DNA from: Roseibacillus sp.
GTDB taxonomy: Bacteria; Verrucomicrobiota; Verrucomicrobiia; Verrucomicrobiales; Akkermansiaceae
NCBI GenBank assembly: GCA_965242925.1
Contig: CBDEUM010000020.1
Coordinates: forward strand, 1-28,047
DNA length: 28,047 nucleotides
Direction: 5' to 3'
This document shows, one piece after another, positions 17,601 to 28,010 of the stretch. A program made the translations under genes and the position numbers. Below the pieces are notes generated by a model. It saw nothing but the letters and a program-made list of their open reading frames with translations, was not told the origin of the DNA and searched no databases. The stretch's first letter is position 1. Each line of letters starts with the position of its first letter.

Positions 17601-18165
17601 CTTCTCACTCCTAGTCCGGTCGGACAACCAGATCGTGGCGATCTACCGTGGCGCCCTTTCGCTCCCGGTTCTTGCCCACGACACCCGGTATGTGGTCCCC
17701 GCCCCGGACCAGCAACTGCGGAATCTCGCCCCTCCTTTCCCCGGTCGCTGGTTCACCAACCCCGTCGGCCCCACCTTCCTTCCCCTTCTCGTTGCCCGGC
17801 GCAACCTGGCCCGCTATCCGGAAGAAGCCCTCCTCTATCTCCAGCAGGCCGCGGAAGATTCAGTCGAGAGCGAGAGGTCCGATCTCATGACCGAGCTGGG
17901 ACGTCGGCACTACCTCCTGGCCGCCGAATTCGCAACCAGTCAACTTTTTGAGAAGTCAGACTACCACTATCAGAAATCTCTGGCCGCCGTTCCCCACAAC
18001 CCATCCGTGCACAACGACTTCGGCGCGTCCCTGGCACAAAGGGGAAAACTGCGGGAAGGCGCACAGCATTTCCGGGAAGCGCTCCGCCTGAAACCTGACT
18101 TCCCCCTCGCCAGAGAGAATCTATCCAAGGTGGAAGAACTGCTGAAACAAGCGGGTGAACGATGA
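14671..18165 (+). CDS. Candidate selenoprotein: lipoprotein with FG-GAP/VCBS repeats, ASPIC-UnbV domain (CRTAC1-like), TlpA-like CPHC redoxin domain and TPRs; 1164 aa with TGA at codon 625 read as Sec
   Basis: Lipobox LLLSAC; DxxxDGxxDL repeats continue on both sides of the in-frame TGA at 16543-16545 (...SSPSTEDL-U-SFFWRQVVSPSP...DWDQDGDLDL). These are followed by NRDAIGAVV...FLSQSS..IHFG...V.WP.G (ASPIC/UnbV), FWSAHCPHCHEEL and a TPR tail (HNDFGASLAQRGK..E...HFREALRLKPDF..ARENL). Confidence 0.8.
16543..16574 (+). promoter_or_regulatory. Putative bacterial SECIS hairpin of the FG-GAP/ASPIC gene
   Basis: TGA + 10 nt (AGTTTCTTCT) + GGCGGCA-GGTCG-TGTCGCC (16556-16574): 7-bp stem with one G-U pair and a G-starting apical loop, at the spacing expected for a bacterial SECIS. 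Confidence 0.7.
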
Positions 18166-18390
18166 GAACGTCAGGGTTTTGTGATGAACACCCGCCAGAA
18201 CACAGAGGCGGACATTCTGAGCAGGAAACAACGGATCCTGCTGCCCCGGTTGCAGCCCCTTAAAAATGACAGGAACCCTGTCCCGTCTTCAGGAAACTCC
18301 ACCCCGGTTCCCACCGGGAAATCACTATTGATCGGGCGAACTATCGCGTAGCGTCATTACGCTCCAGCCCACTCACCATCCTCTCGAACA

Positions 18391-19644
18391 ATGAAGATCG
18401 CTCTCATCGTCCTGCCTGTTCTCGTTCTTGCCAGTTCAAACCCTGTGCCCGCCCGCGAAGCCAAGGAACTGGACAACGACATTAACTACGACGACCGAAA
18501 AACCCCGCACTACGACCTGCCTCCTCTTCTCGTCACTACGCAGGGCCGGAAAATAACCACTGCCGAGGAGTGGCGCAGCGTCCGCCGTCCCGAGATTCTT
18601 TCCCTCTTCAGCAACCTGGTCTATGGGAGAATTCCCCAGCCCTCCACTCCCCTGAAGATCGAATTTGAAGTGTCCAGAACCGACTCCGGTTTCATGAAGG
18701 GCCGCGCCACGCGGAAAGACATCAGGATTCATCTCAGCAACAAGAACGGGCGCATGTCGATGCATGTGCTCGTATTCACACCCAACAAGTCGCCCCGACC
18801 CGTTCCATGCTTCCTCAAGCACAGCTTCCAGAACACCCGGGAAGACGATTTTGACGCTGCAATTCTCCGTCCCGGCAAACTGAAGAATGGCTGGCCCCTG
18901 GGAGAGTTCCTTGATCGTGGTTACGGCTTTTGTGCGGTGTATCACGAGGACCTCATCCGCCACAACGAAGTCGAGTTTCTCCACAGCATCCACAAGCTCT
19001 TCTACCCTGCGGGCCAGAGCTTCCCCAAGGCGCATGAGTGGGGTGTCATTTCCACCTGCGCATGGGGGGCTATGCGTGCAATGGACTATCTCGAAACCGA
19101 TCAGGACATCGACCACACCCGCGTGGCGGTGATGGGCCACTCCAAGATGGGAAAGACCGCTCTCTGGACTGCGGCCCAGGATGAACGTTTCGCCCTGGCA
19201 ATATCCGCCCAGTCAGGTTGTGCGGGAGCGGCCCTCTGGCGCCGCAAGTCAGGTGAAACACTCAAGAAGATGGTCACCCGCTTCCCCTACTGGCTCTGCC
19301 GCAACGCGTGGAAGTTCGTCGACCAGGAAGACGATCTTCCCGTGGACCAGCATATGCTCCTGGCCTGCATCGCACCCCGTCCCGTCTACGTGCACAGCAG
19401 CGTGAAAGACACCTGGGCCGACCCCCGGGGCGAATACCTCTCCGCCTACCACGCGGGTGAAGTGTACCGTCTCCTGGGCCAGAAGACGCTCCTGATGGAA
19501 GAACGCTCTCCGCCCGTAGGCAAAGCCTTCATAGAAAGCCAAGTCGGCTACCACCTCCGGGACGGCGGCCATTCCATCGAAAAATACGATTGGGAGCGCT
19601 TCCTGGAATTCGCGGATTTCCATCTGAAGCCAAAGGATCCGTGA
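18391..19644 (+). CDS. Secreted carbohydrate esterase family 15 (glucuronoyl esterase-like) alpha/beta hydrolase
   Basis: Signal peptide; W...RRPEI..F...VYG, WG.I..AWG..RA.DYLE, nucleophile elbow GHSKMGK, SGC.GAAL.RR..GE, LPVDQH.L.A.IAPRP, D.WADP.GE and GGH motifs. Confidence 0.85.
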   Translation: MKIALIVLPVLVLASSNPVPAREAKELDNDINYDDRKTPHYDLPPLLVTTQGRKITTAEEWRSVRRPEILSLFSNLVYGRIPQPSTPLKIEFEVSRTDSGFMKGRATRKDIRIHLSNKNGRMSMHVLVFTPNKSPRPVPCFLKHSFQNTREDDFDAAILRPGKLKNGWPLGEFLDRGYGFCAVYHEDLIRHNEVEFLHSIHKLFYPAGQSFPKAHEWGVISTCAWGAMRAMDYLETDQDIDHTRVAVMGHSKMGKTALWTAAQDERFALAISAQSGCAGAALWRRKSGETLKKMVTRFPYWLCRNAWKFVDQEDDLPVDQHMLLACIAPRPVYVHSSVKDTWADPRGEYLSAYHAGEVYRLLGQKTLLMEERSPPVGKAFIESQVGYHLRDGGHSIEKYDWERFLEFADFHLKPKDP

Positions 19645-19990
19645 GCCCGGACGGAGTCGAGAAATCCCACCACGAACCCCGGTCCCCCGGCAACCATCCC
19701 ATGCCCAGGACACAGGCTCCTCGCTCCGTCCAGCTACAGCAGCCAATCCCAGATGGTTCAATCTGGAGAAAGCCAGCTGCTGAAGGATCATTTCTTCTGG
19801 TCCCGGAGAGGCCCCACCCCTGCAGTCTGCAGACTACGATGGTGCGCAGGGTGCTAAACCCTCTTATTCACATCTCCTGATGGATATTGCCACGCTCGAT
19901 GCGCAATGGGAGCAGTCGAATGAATCTTCTTTCAATAAGCCAGATAATCCTTGCCATTAGCCGACATTGCCCGACCATCCGCGGCGCCGA

Positions 19991-21130
19991 ATGGATGCTA
20001 TTTTGGCTTTGGAAGACGGGCGCGTATTTCGCGGCGAGGGATTCGGTCACTCCGGCACTTCGACGGGCGAGGCATGCTTCAACACCTCCATGACCGGCTA
20101 CCAGGAGATCCTCACCGATCCAAGCTACCGGGGACAGATCGTGGCCATGACGTATCCCCTCATCGGGAATTACGGAGTCAACCCGGAGGACTCCGAATCA
20201 CGACAACCCCATGTGAGAGGCTTCGTGGTGGGAGAACTCTGTCGCACGCCCTCCAATTTCCGCTCCCAGCAGACACTCCAGGATTACCTGAGTGAGCATG
20301 AGATCATCGGTATCGAGGGCATCGACACCCGTGCCTTCACCAAACACCTGCGCTCTGCCGGCGCGATGCGGGCCTGCCTCACAACCGAACTGGAGAAGGA
20401 CGAAGCGATCGAAGCCGCCAAGGCCTCGCCCCCCATGACAGGATCAGACTTTGTCAAGGAAGTCACCACCTCCAAGCCCTTCACCTGGGCGGAAGAATCC
20501 CGCAGGTGGACTGTCCCTAATCCCTCCCATGGGCAGGACGACCACTACCTCCAACTTCCGGAACCGCTTCGCCGCATCGTCGCCTACGACTTCGGAGTGA
20601 AATACAACATCCTTCGGCAACTCCGTCAGCACGGTTTTGAAGTTCAGGTGGTGAGTGCTGGCACCTCCGCCAGCGAGGTTCTCAAACTTAACCCGGATGG
20701 AATCTTCCTGTCCAACGGACCCGGCGACCCGGAAGCGCTCGACTATATCCATGCCGAGGTCAGGGAGCTCATTGGAAAAAAACCGATCTTCGGCATTTGT
20801 CTCGGCCACCAGATCCTTACCCACGCCTTTGGCGGAAAGACATTCAAACTGAAATTCGGGCATCGCGGTGGAAACCAGCCAGTCAAGGATCTCCGCAGCG
20901 GAAGGGTTTCCATCACCTCACAGAACCACGGCTTTGCTACTGATGGGGAATCTCTCCCCTCCTCCGTTGAAATCACCCATGTCAATCTCAACGACGAGAC
21001 CGTGGAAGGCATTCGCTCTACCACCGATCCCGTCTTCTCCGTACAGTATCACCCCGAGGCTGCTCCCGGCCCGCATGACGCCTCCTACTTCTTTCAGGAG
21101 TTCGCCGACCTCATCGACGCGACGAAGTGA
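19991..21130 (+). CDS. carA: Carbamoyl-phosphate synthase small subunit
   Basis: [50 protein letters not shown] and QYHPEA.PGP motifs. ATG at 19991 preferred over TTG 19967. Confidence 0.97.
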   Translation: MDAILALEDGRVFRGEGFGHSGTSTGEACFNTSMTGYQEILTDPSYRGQIVAMTYPLIGNYGVNPEDSESRQPHVRGFVVGELCRTPSNFRSQQTLQDYLSEHEIIGIEGIDTRAFTKHLRSAGAMRACLTTELEKDEAIEAAKASPPMTGSDFVKEVTTSKPFTWAEESRRWTVPNPSHGQDDHYLQLPEPLRRIVAYDFGVKYNILRQLRQHGFEVQVVSAGTSASEVLKLNPDGIFLSNGPGDPEALDYIHAEVRELIGKKPIFGICLGHQILTHAFGGKTFKLKFGHRGGNQPVKDLRSGRVSITSQNHGFATDGESLPSSVEITHVNLNDETVEGIRSTTDPVFSVQYHPEAAPGPHDASYFFQEFADLIDATK

Positions 21131-21191
21131 ACGACCCCGGATTCAGTTGCCAGGAGTCCTCCACTGATAACGGAAAAACGACAACTCATTC

Positions 21192-22460
21192 ATGAATACG
21201 ATCGTTAACGGGCTCCAATGGGGTGACGAAGGCAAAGGCAAGATTGTTGACTACCTGACAGAGAGTGCCGACTTCGTTGTCCGCGGCCAGGGCGGCAACA
21301 ATGCCGGACACACCGTCATTGTCGGCGAGAACAAATACATCCTCCACCTTGTCCCTTCCGGCATTCTCTGGCCCGGCAAACAGAATGTGATTGGTAATGG
21401 GGTGGTCCTCGATCCCCTCGGCCTGATACAGGAGATCGCTACCCTGGAAGGTCAGGGTGTCACCATCAGTCCGGACAACCTCCTCATCTCCGACCGGGCC
21501 CATGTCGTCCTGCCTTATCACTGCGATCTTGATGCCGCCCAGGAACAGGCCCGGGGCAAGTTCGCGATCGGAACCACCCGTCGCGGGATCGGTCCAGCCT
21601 ACTCCGACAAGGCGACCCGCAATGGCCTCCGCCTCGCCGATCTCCTCGATCCCGAGATGGCTCGTGAACTCGTCTCCGTGCGCCTGGAGGATGCCAATCA
21701 GTTCCTCGGCCTGCACAATATGGATTCGCACGACCCGGCGGCGATCCTGACAGCGGTGGAAGGCGCGCTGGAGCGCCTGCGTCCACATGTCACCAACACC
21801 ATTCCAATCCTTCACCAGGCCTGGAAGACGGGCCAAAACATCGTCTTCGAGGGTGCACAGGGAACATTCCTCGACGTCGACTTCGGCACCTATCCCTTCG
21901 TTACTTCCTCCAACACCACTTCGGGCGGGGCCTGCACCGGAAGCGGCCTCCCGCCTGTGGCTATCGACCGGGTGGTCGGGGTGTGCAAGGCCTATACAAC
22001 CCGGGTGGGCGAAGGCGCCCATATCACCGAGAACCAGGAATTTTCCGATTACCTCCACGGGCTGGGCCGTGAGTTCGGAGCCACTACCGGACGCAAGCGC
22101 CGTTGCGGCTGGTTGGACTGCGTTCTCCTGCGGTTCGCCTGCATGGTGAATGGAGTCACCGACCTCGCCGTCACCAACCTGGACGGACTGGACGAACGGG
22201 AGGAGATCAGGGTCTGCACGGCTTACGATCTCGACGGTATTGAGCACTCCTATCCGCCGGCGCAACGCGACGCCTGGGAGCGGGCCAAGCCGATCTACGA
22301 ATCCCATCCCGGCTGGATGTCTGACACATCCGGTTGCCGGAGCTGGGAGGACCTCCCCGGGAACGCCCGGAATTACCTGGACCGCCTATCCGAGTTGGCT
22401 GGCGCGCCAGTCAGGTATGTCGGCATCGGACCGGACCGGGAACAGACCATTCTCCTCTAG
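21192..22460 (+). CDS. purA: Adenylosuccinate synthetase
   Basis: QWGDEGKGKIVD, QGGNNAGHT, IGTT.RGIGPAY.DK, EGAQG..LD.DFGTYPFVTSS, KAYTTRVG.G and EFGATTGR.RRCGWLD motifs. Confidence 0.98.
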   Translation: MNTIVNGLQWGDEGKGKIVDYLTESADFVVRGQGGNNAGHTVIVGENKYILHLVPSGILWPGKQNVIGNGVVLDPLGLIQEIATLEGQGVTISPDNLLISDRAHVVLPYHCDLDAAQEQARGKFAIGTTRRGIGPAYSDKATRNGLRLADLLDPEMARELVSVRLEDANQFLGLHNMDSHDPAAILTAVEGALERLRPHVTNTIPILHQAWKTGQNIVFEGAQGTFLDVDFGTYPFVTSSNTTSGGACTGSGLPPVAIDRVVGVCKAYTTRVGEGAHITENQEFSDYLHGLGREFGATTGRKRRCGWLDCVLLRFACMVNGVTDLAVTNLDGLDEREEIRVCTAYDLDGIEHSYPPAQRDAWERAKPIYESHPGWMSDTSGCRSWEDLPGNARNYLDRLSELAGAPVRYVGIGPDREQTILL

Positions 22461-22545
22461 CAAATTCCCGGCATCTCATGGAGAGTTCGTCCGGCGCCCG
22501 AGAGAATGCGCACACCCTTTCGGGCCAGACCGACGTTCTGTCATC

Positions 22546-23259
22546 ATGCCAGAGATGAACTCCCACGTTCCGCAGCATGTTGCCATCATCATGGATGGCA
22601 ACGGTCGCTGGGCCAGCGAAAGAGGCCTGCCCCGTCGCGAGGGACACCGCGCCGGAGCAGAATCCGTCCGCGAGGTGGTGGAAACCTGCAAGGAACTGGG
22701 AATCAAGTTTCTCACCCTCTACGCGTTCTCCTCTGAGAACTGGAACCGACCCAGGACGGAGATCAAGGCCCTCATGTCACTGCTCAAGGGATTCCTCAGG
22801 AGGAAGACTCCGGAGATGCAGAAGCAGGGAGTACGACTCCATGCCATTGGACGTCTGGAGGAACTGCCGGACGATTGCCGGGCTGAACTCGAAAAGGCTA
22901 TTGAGCATACTTCCTCCAACACGGACCTCGATCTCGTCCTGGCGCTCTCCTACGGTGCTCGCGAGGAGATCGTTGACGCCTGCCGGCAACTGGCCCGCGA
23001 GGCGGCAACTGGCGACCTCGACCCCGAGAGCATCGACAACGACGCCATCACACAACGCCTTTACACGGCAGGGATACCCGATCCCGACCTCCTCATCCGC
23101 ACTTCCGGTGAATGCCGCATCTCCAACTTTCTGCTCTGGCAGATCAGCTACGCCGAGATCGTCATCACCCGCAAGTACTGGCCGGACTTCAGGGAAGCCG
23201 ACCTTCACCAGGCGATAGCCGAATATGCTCGCCGCCATCGACGGTTTGGTGCTATTTGA
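22546..23259 (+). CDS. uppS: Isoprenyl transferase (undecaprenyl diphosphate synthase)
   Basis: PQHVAIIMDGNGRWA, GH..G, YAFSSENWNRP, ALSYGAR.EI, DPDLLIRTSGE.RISNFLLWQ..YAE and RRFG motifs. Start is ATG 22546 or 22555. Confidence 0.97.
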   Translation: MPEMNSHVPQHVAIIMDGNGRWASERGLPRREGHRAGAESVREVVETCKELGIKFLTLYAFSSENWNRPRTEIKALMSLLKGFLRRKTPEMQKQGVRLHAIGRLEELPDDCRAELEKAIEHTSSNTDLDLVLALSYGAREEIVDACRQLAREAATGDLDPESIDNDAITQRLYTAGIPDPDLLIRTSGECRISNFLLWQISYAEIVITRKYWPDFREADLHQAIAEYARRHRRFGAI

Positions 23260-23294
23260 TCCGCCCTTGGCCCCGGCCTCAACGATAATCACTC

Positions 23295-24680
23295 ATGGCC
23301 ACAGCCACCAAGGAGCAGACCATTCTGCTGATCGACGAAGACCTCGACTTCCTCGACTGGGCCACCAAACATCTGGAAGCCAAGGGTCTTCAAATTCTTC
23401 GCTGTGACAACAGCGAAAACGCAGTCAAGATCGCTGATCAAACCGACCTTGATCTGGTGATTTCGGACATCCAGATCCAGCCCTTTGACGGCCTTGAACT
23501 CCTCTCCCGGATTCGGTCGAAGAACAGTAACGCGGTCGTGGTGCTAACCGCGGGATTCCCCACCACCTCCCAGATCATCGAGGCGACCCGACGGGGGGCG
23601 CGGGATGTGCTTCGCAAGGAATCCCTCCCTTTCGAGCTGCGTCCTGTGGTTGAGGCCGCCCTTCAGAGCTCGGAGCAACGAAAACAGGCCCAGGACAGCA
23701 TTCCCAGCCTCCCCGCTACTGACGGCCCCGTGAAAATGATCGGGATTTCCCGTCCGCTCCAGGACGTCTTCAAGATCGTGGGGCGGGTATCCCAGACCGA
23801 CGCTCCCGTCCTCATTACGGGAGAAAGTGGAACCGGTAAGGAACTGGTCGCGCGTGCCGTGCACGAATACAACCCACGCCGCCAGGGGGACTTGGTCGCC
23901 ATCAACTGTGGTGCCATCCCCGAGAACCTTCTTGAGAGCGAACTCTTCGGCCACGAGAAGGGGGCCTTCACCGGAGCAGTGGCAAGGCGCATGGGGCGTT
24001 TCGAGCAATGTGATGGCGGAACCCTCTTCCTGGATGAGATCGGCGACATGCCTGCCTCCGTTCAGGTGAAACTCCTCCGCATCCTGCAGGAGGGCACGTT
24101 TTCGAGAGTAGGGAGCAACGAGACCCTCAGTAGCGATGTCCGGATTGTGGCAGCCACCAACAAGGACCTTGCGGTAGAAGTTTCTCAGGGCAACTTCCGG
24201 GAGGACCTCTACTATCGTCTTAACGTGGTCGAAATCAACCTGCCTCCCCTTCGCGATCGACCGGAGGACATTCCCCTTCTGGCGGAATTTTTCCTGCAAC
24301 GACTGGCGCGCAAACAGGGCATGGCCCGCATGCGCTTGAGCGGTGAAGCGGTGGAGACTCTTCAAAAGCACCACTGGCCGGGCAATGTGAGGGAACTGGA
24401 AAACACCGTCGCGCGTGCCTGCGCCCTCTCTACCAGTGATCTTCTTCTCCCGGAAGACATGCCCTTTGCCCGTAGCCCCTTTTCTCGCAACGAAAAGCTT
24501 AACTCCGCTTTCGACGTAATCCTTTCACTGGTCCCTCACCCGGACGAGAGCCTGCTCCCATGGTTCAGGGCCGAATTTTGCCGACGCGTCTTCGAGCAGA
24601 GCGGCAGTGACCTGAAAGAGTGCGCACGCCGCCTCGGAGTCACCCAGCCCGAACTCCGGGATATCCTCGGCACAGAGTAA
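23295..24680 (+). CDS. Sigma-54-dependent (NtrC/AtoC-type) response regulator
   Basis: Receiver domain (LLIDED...SDIQI), Walker A GESGTGKE, ESELFGHEKGAFTGA, Walker B LFLDEIG, FREDLYYRLNV, WPGNVREL, C-terminal HTH-like (ARRLGV). Confidence 0.95.
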   Translation: MATATKEQTILLIDEDLDFLDWATKHLEAKGLQILRCDNSENAVKIADQTDLDLVISDIQIQPFDGLELLSRIRSKNSNAVVVLTAGFPTTSQIIEATRRGARDVLRKESLPFELRPVVEAALQSSEQRKQAQDSIPSLPATDGPVKMIGISRPLQDVFKIVGRVSQTDAPVLITGESGTGKELVARAVHEYNPRRQGDLVAINCGAIPENLLESELFGHEKGAFTGAVARRMGRFEQCDGGTLFLDEIGDMPASVQVKLLRILQEGTFSRVGSNETLSSDVRIVAATNKDLAVEVSQGNFREDLYYRLNVVEINLPPLRDRPEDIPLLAEFFLQRLARKQGMARMRLSGEAVETLQKHHWPGNVRELENTVARACALSTSDLLLPEDMPFARSPFSRNEKLNSAFDVILSLVPHPDESLLPWFRAEFCRRVFEQSGSDLKECARRLGVTQPELRDILGTE

Positions 24681-24704
24681 CAACCCACGATCTCACTCCA
24701 CCTC

Positions 24705-25322
24705 GTGACCGTCCTGGACCACCCTCTCATCGCCGACCGAGTGACCCGTCTGCGGGACAAGGATTGCAGCTGTGAGCAATTCCGTCTCCTGCTCCACAAT
24801 ATCGCCTACCTGATGGTTCCCCAGGTCACTGCCCATCTGGACACCATCTCCACTTCCGTCCAAACGCCCCTCGAGGACACAGAAGGCCGGCGCCTCCTCC
24901 GTCCTCTCATAATCGTTCCGGTTCTCCGGGCCGGCCTCAGCCTGGCAGAGGGTTTTCTCGAACTCATTCCCGAGGCGATCGTGGCCCATATCGGATTGCG
25001 CCGAAACCACGAAACCCTTGAGCCGGAGGTCTACTATCCCAATGCCCCGGTTGATTTTTCTAACTCCGACACGATCGTCCTCGATCCCATGCTGGCCACG
25101 GGTGGAAGCGCTATCGAAGCGGTGCGCCTTCTCAAGGAACAGGGCGCTTCCCGCCTGCGCTTCGCCTGCGTGATCGCAGCACCCGAAGGAGGGAAAGCCT
25201 TCCGATCCGTCCATCCTGATGTGCCCGTCTACACGGCATCCCTCGATCGATGTCTCAACGAGCAAGGCTATATCTGCCCCGGCCTGGGTGATGCAGGTGA
25301 CCGCTCGTTCGGCACGGTCTGA
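24705..25322 (+). CDS. upp: Uracil phosphoribosyltransferase
   Basis: HPLI, VPVLRAG, PRPP-binding LDPMLATGGS, APEG and GYI.PGLGDAGDR.FGT motifs. Confidence 0.96.
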   Translation: MTVLDHPLIADRVTRLRDKDCSCEQFRLLLHNIAYLMVPQVTAHLDTISTSVQTPLEDTEGRRLLRPLIIVPVLRAGLSLAEGFLELIPEAIVAHIGLRRNHETLEPEVYYPNAPVDFSNSDTIVLDPMLATGGSAIEAVRLLKEQGASRLRFACVIAAPEGGKAFRSVHPDVPVYTASLDRCLNEQGYICPGLGDAGDRSFGTV

Positions 25323-25345
25323 TCAGCTCTGGCAATCGGCGGCCG

Positions 25346-27944
25346 ATGCACTATACTGCTGCCGTGCCCCGTTCCGCCGTCCTGTTCCTTGCGCTCGCCT
25401 TGTGTCCACCCTTGCTCCCGGCCCAAGCGGACACCGACCTGCGGGAGAACGCATCCTTCCGGAAAGGTCTCGCGGCCCTGGCGGATCACCTTCCCGACCT
25501 GGCCGTGGCCCCCCTTGAAACCGCCCTCCGCGAGTTCGCCGACAATGCCGCCGCACGGAATACCATCCAAATCAAACTTGGCGAAGCTCTGGTGCGAGCC
25601 GGCAGGCTGGAAAAGGAAGCAGCCGCCTCCCATGACCGCGGCACAGTCGCCCTGGAACACCTTGAGAGAGCCGCCGGATCCGGACATGAACAGGCCCTCT
25701 TCTGGTCGGCCCAGGCCCGAATCCTGCGCGCCGAACTCGGTCAGGCAGCCACGTTGTTTGCGCACCTGGAGAAGGCCAGGGACTCCGAACTGCGCAACCG
25801 CAGCCTTGTCTCCCGTGCCCATATCCTCGTAGCACTCGGCGAACCGGCACAGGCAAGCGCTCTTCTCGACACCTTTCAGCCCGCAGATCAGAGCCTTCTC
25901 TCGCAGGAAGCGCGTCTTCTGCGTGCCACGGTTCTCATCGCTCAGGACGAACTTTCGGAGGCAGGCGATCTCCTGACCGGGGACCCCGAGCCCTCCGACC
26001 GACCGCAGCAGATCCACATGCGCTACCTTCGCGCCCAGCTCATCGCGCGAAACGACAAGGAGAAGGCCGTCCCGTTATTCAGGACTATCGTGGAAGACCC
26101 GAATCCCGTCCCATCCCTTCTTCGGCACAGCGCCCGAGTCTCCCTGGCCGGGTGCCTGCATGAAACCGGGAAATCCGAGGATGCCATTGAAACCCTTATC
26201 ACCCTTCTCGACACGCACCCGCGCACAGCTCTCCTTGAGGCAGCCTTCCATCGCCTTCTTGACTGGTCCTCCACCGAGTCACTCAGGAAGCGTGTTGATG
26301 AACAACTCCTCTCATGGGTCAGTTTCTCCGCACCAGGCGACACTCCGCCCGAACCTGGTGGAGGCGAAATCATCGTCTCTCCGGCAACCGCGACCCGGAC
26401 CGGATTTGCACTCTACTATCACGCCCTCTCTCTCGCCCGGAAGAACGACACGGAATCCAACAAACGGGCCGAGAGCCTCCTCGCATGGCTTGGAGCCAAC
26501 ATGCCCCGGCATCCATTCTGTTCACGCGCTCTCCTGGAAACTGCCAAGCTTCAAATTGCCGGCCAACGCAAGGAGGAGGCCATTCTCACTCTTGCGCAGT
26601 TGGAGAAATCCGCCTCCTCAGCCCGCCTCCGGGAAGAAGCCGGACGACTGGCGGCCAGACTAAATTTCGAAAAAGGCGACTTCGGATTCCGCGGCCGCTG
26701 CTTTTCTCCGTGTCAGTTCATCCCTCCCGCCCCCCGAAGAGGATGTGAATGCGATCAATGCCGGAATCAGCCTGCTGCGGGCTGGCGACGGGACCGGATT
26801 CAGGAACCTGGTTGAATCCCTCGACGCCTCGGAGACGCGCACAACCCTCCTCCTCGAACGCGCTCTTCACCAGGTTGCCCGGGAATCCGGAGACGCCCGC
26901 CCGAGCCTGGAACGCTTCCTGCGGGACCGCCCGGAACACCCACGGGTAGCGGAGGCACGCCTCGCCATCGCCGAAGAGTGCCTGCGCCTGGAGCCCTCCA
27001 GCGCTTCCGCCCACCGCCAGATCATGGCAGAACTCAATTCCCTGCAGGCGATTCCCCTGAGCTTCCAACTTGATCTGCGTCGACTGCTTGTGCACCTGCG
27101 GGCAGCCAGCCTGACCAGCAAATGGGACCCCGCCATCACTGCCTCCAGAGAATTCCTGCGCAAGCACAAGTCGAACCGCATGAGCACGCCCGTCCGGCTC
27201 AAATTGGCGGAGGCCTATTACCATAATGGCAACCTGAGTGATGCTCAGGCCAGGTTTCAGGAAATCGCCGCCGCCGCCGTCGACCCCGTGATTGCGGAAA
27301 CCGCACTCTATTACGCTGCGCGTGCTGCCCTGAAGCTCAATGCGGGCAACTCCGACCAGGAAGCGGAAAACCTGCTGCGGCAGGTGATTGATGGCGGGGG
27401 GAGTCTCGCCACTGATGCCCGGCTTCTCCTTGCCTACAGCCAGATTGACGGACGACCCAGGGAAACCATTTCCAACCTGCAAATTCTCCTCGAAACCGAA
27501 AACCCGGCCCAACTTGATGCCCGGATGCTCACCGCCGACGCTTACCGGGAATTGGGTGAATCCGGGGACCTGCAGGCCGCTCTCAGGATCTATGACCAGA
27601 TTCTCGCCCAACCCGACCTGGCTTACCCTCTCAGCAATCGCCTTTTCTGGCTCAAGGGACAGGTATACGAAGAACTTGGCGAATCGCGCCCTGCACTCGA
27701 TGCCTACTACCACGTCGTTCGACGGGACAACCTACCCGATGGCAAGGAACCCACCGAGTGGTATTACTTTTCGCGATGTGCCTTTGACGCGGTCGAGATC
27801 CTCGAACAAGGCTCCCTTCCCCGGTGGGCCGCCTCGGCGGCAATCCTCCGCATAGTTGAGGATAGCGGCAGTCCCTGGCGGAAGGAAGCAGGCCGCCGCC
27901 GGGCCGAAATCCAGCTTGAGCACCAACTCTACCAGGGCGAGTGA
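25346..27944 (+). pseudogene. Exported TPR-repeat protein (~865 aa) broken by a +1 frameshift near 26684; true pseudogene or sequence error
   Basis: ORF 25346-26815 (signal peptide, TPRs) turns Cys/Pro-rich after FEKGDF. Removing one G from TTC-G-GAT at 26684/26685 gives KGDFDSAAAAFLRV..., in frame with TPR ORF 26745-27944. Confidence 0.75.
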
Positions 27945-28010
27945 CCTTGCCTGGCCTGATGCGCTATAAACGCCCTCGACAGCGCCCCCTTGGAGGCAAA
28001 TTTCACCCGC

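Noticed and set aside
9072..18165. Genome-wide UGA reassignment (Trp or Gly) as the explanation for the two in-frame TGAs
   Set aside because: TGA is the true stop of full-length conserved genes in this window (rsmI, carA, uppS, upp), and Trp is encoded by TGG throughout.
19645..19990. tRNA-Sec, riboswitch or other ncRNA in the longer intergenic regions (also 4072-4357, 8890-9071 and 18166-18390)
   Set aside because: No cloverleaf, T-loop or recognisable riboswitch motif seen by eye; an Infernal/Rfam search would be needed to exclude one.
22150..22545. Long N-terminal extension of uppS
   Set aside because: It overlaps purA in another frame; UppS motifs begin only after 22546.
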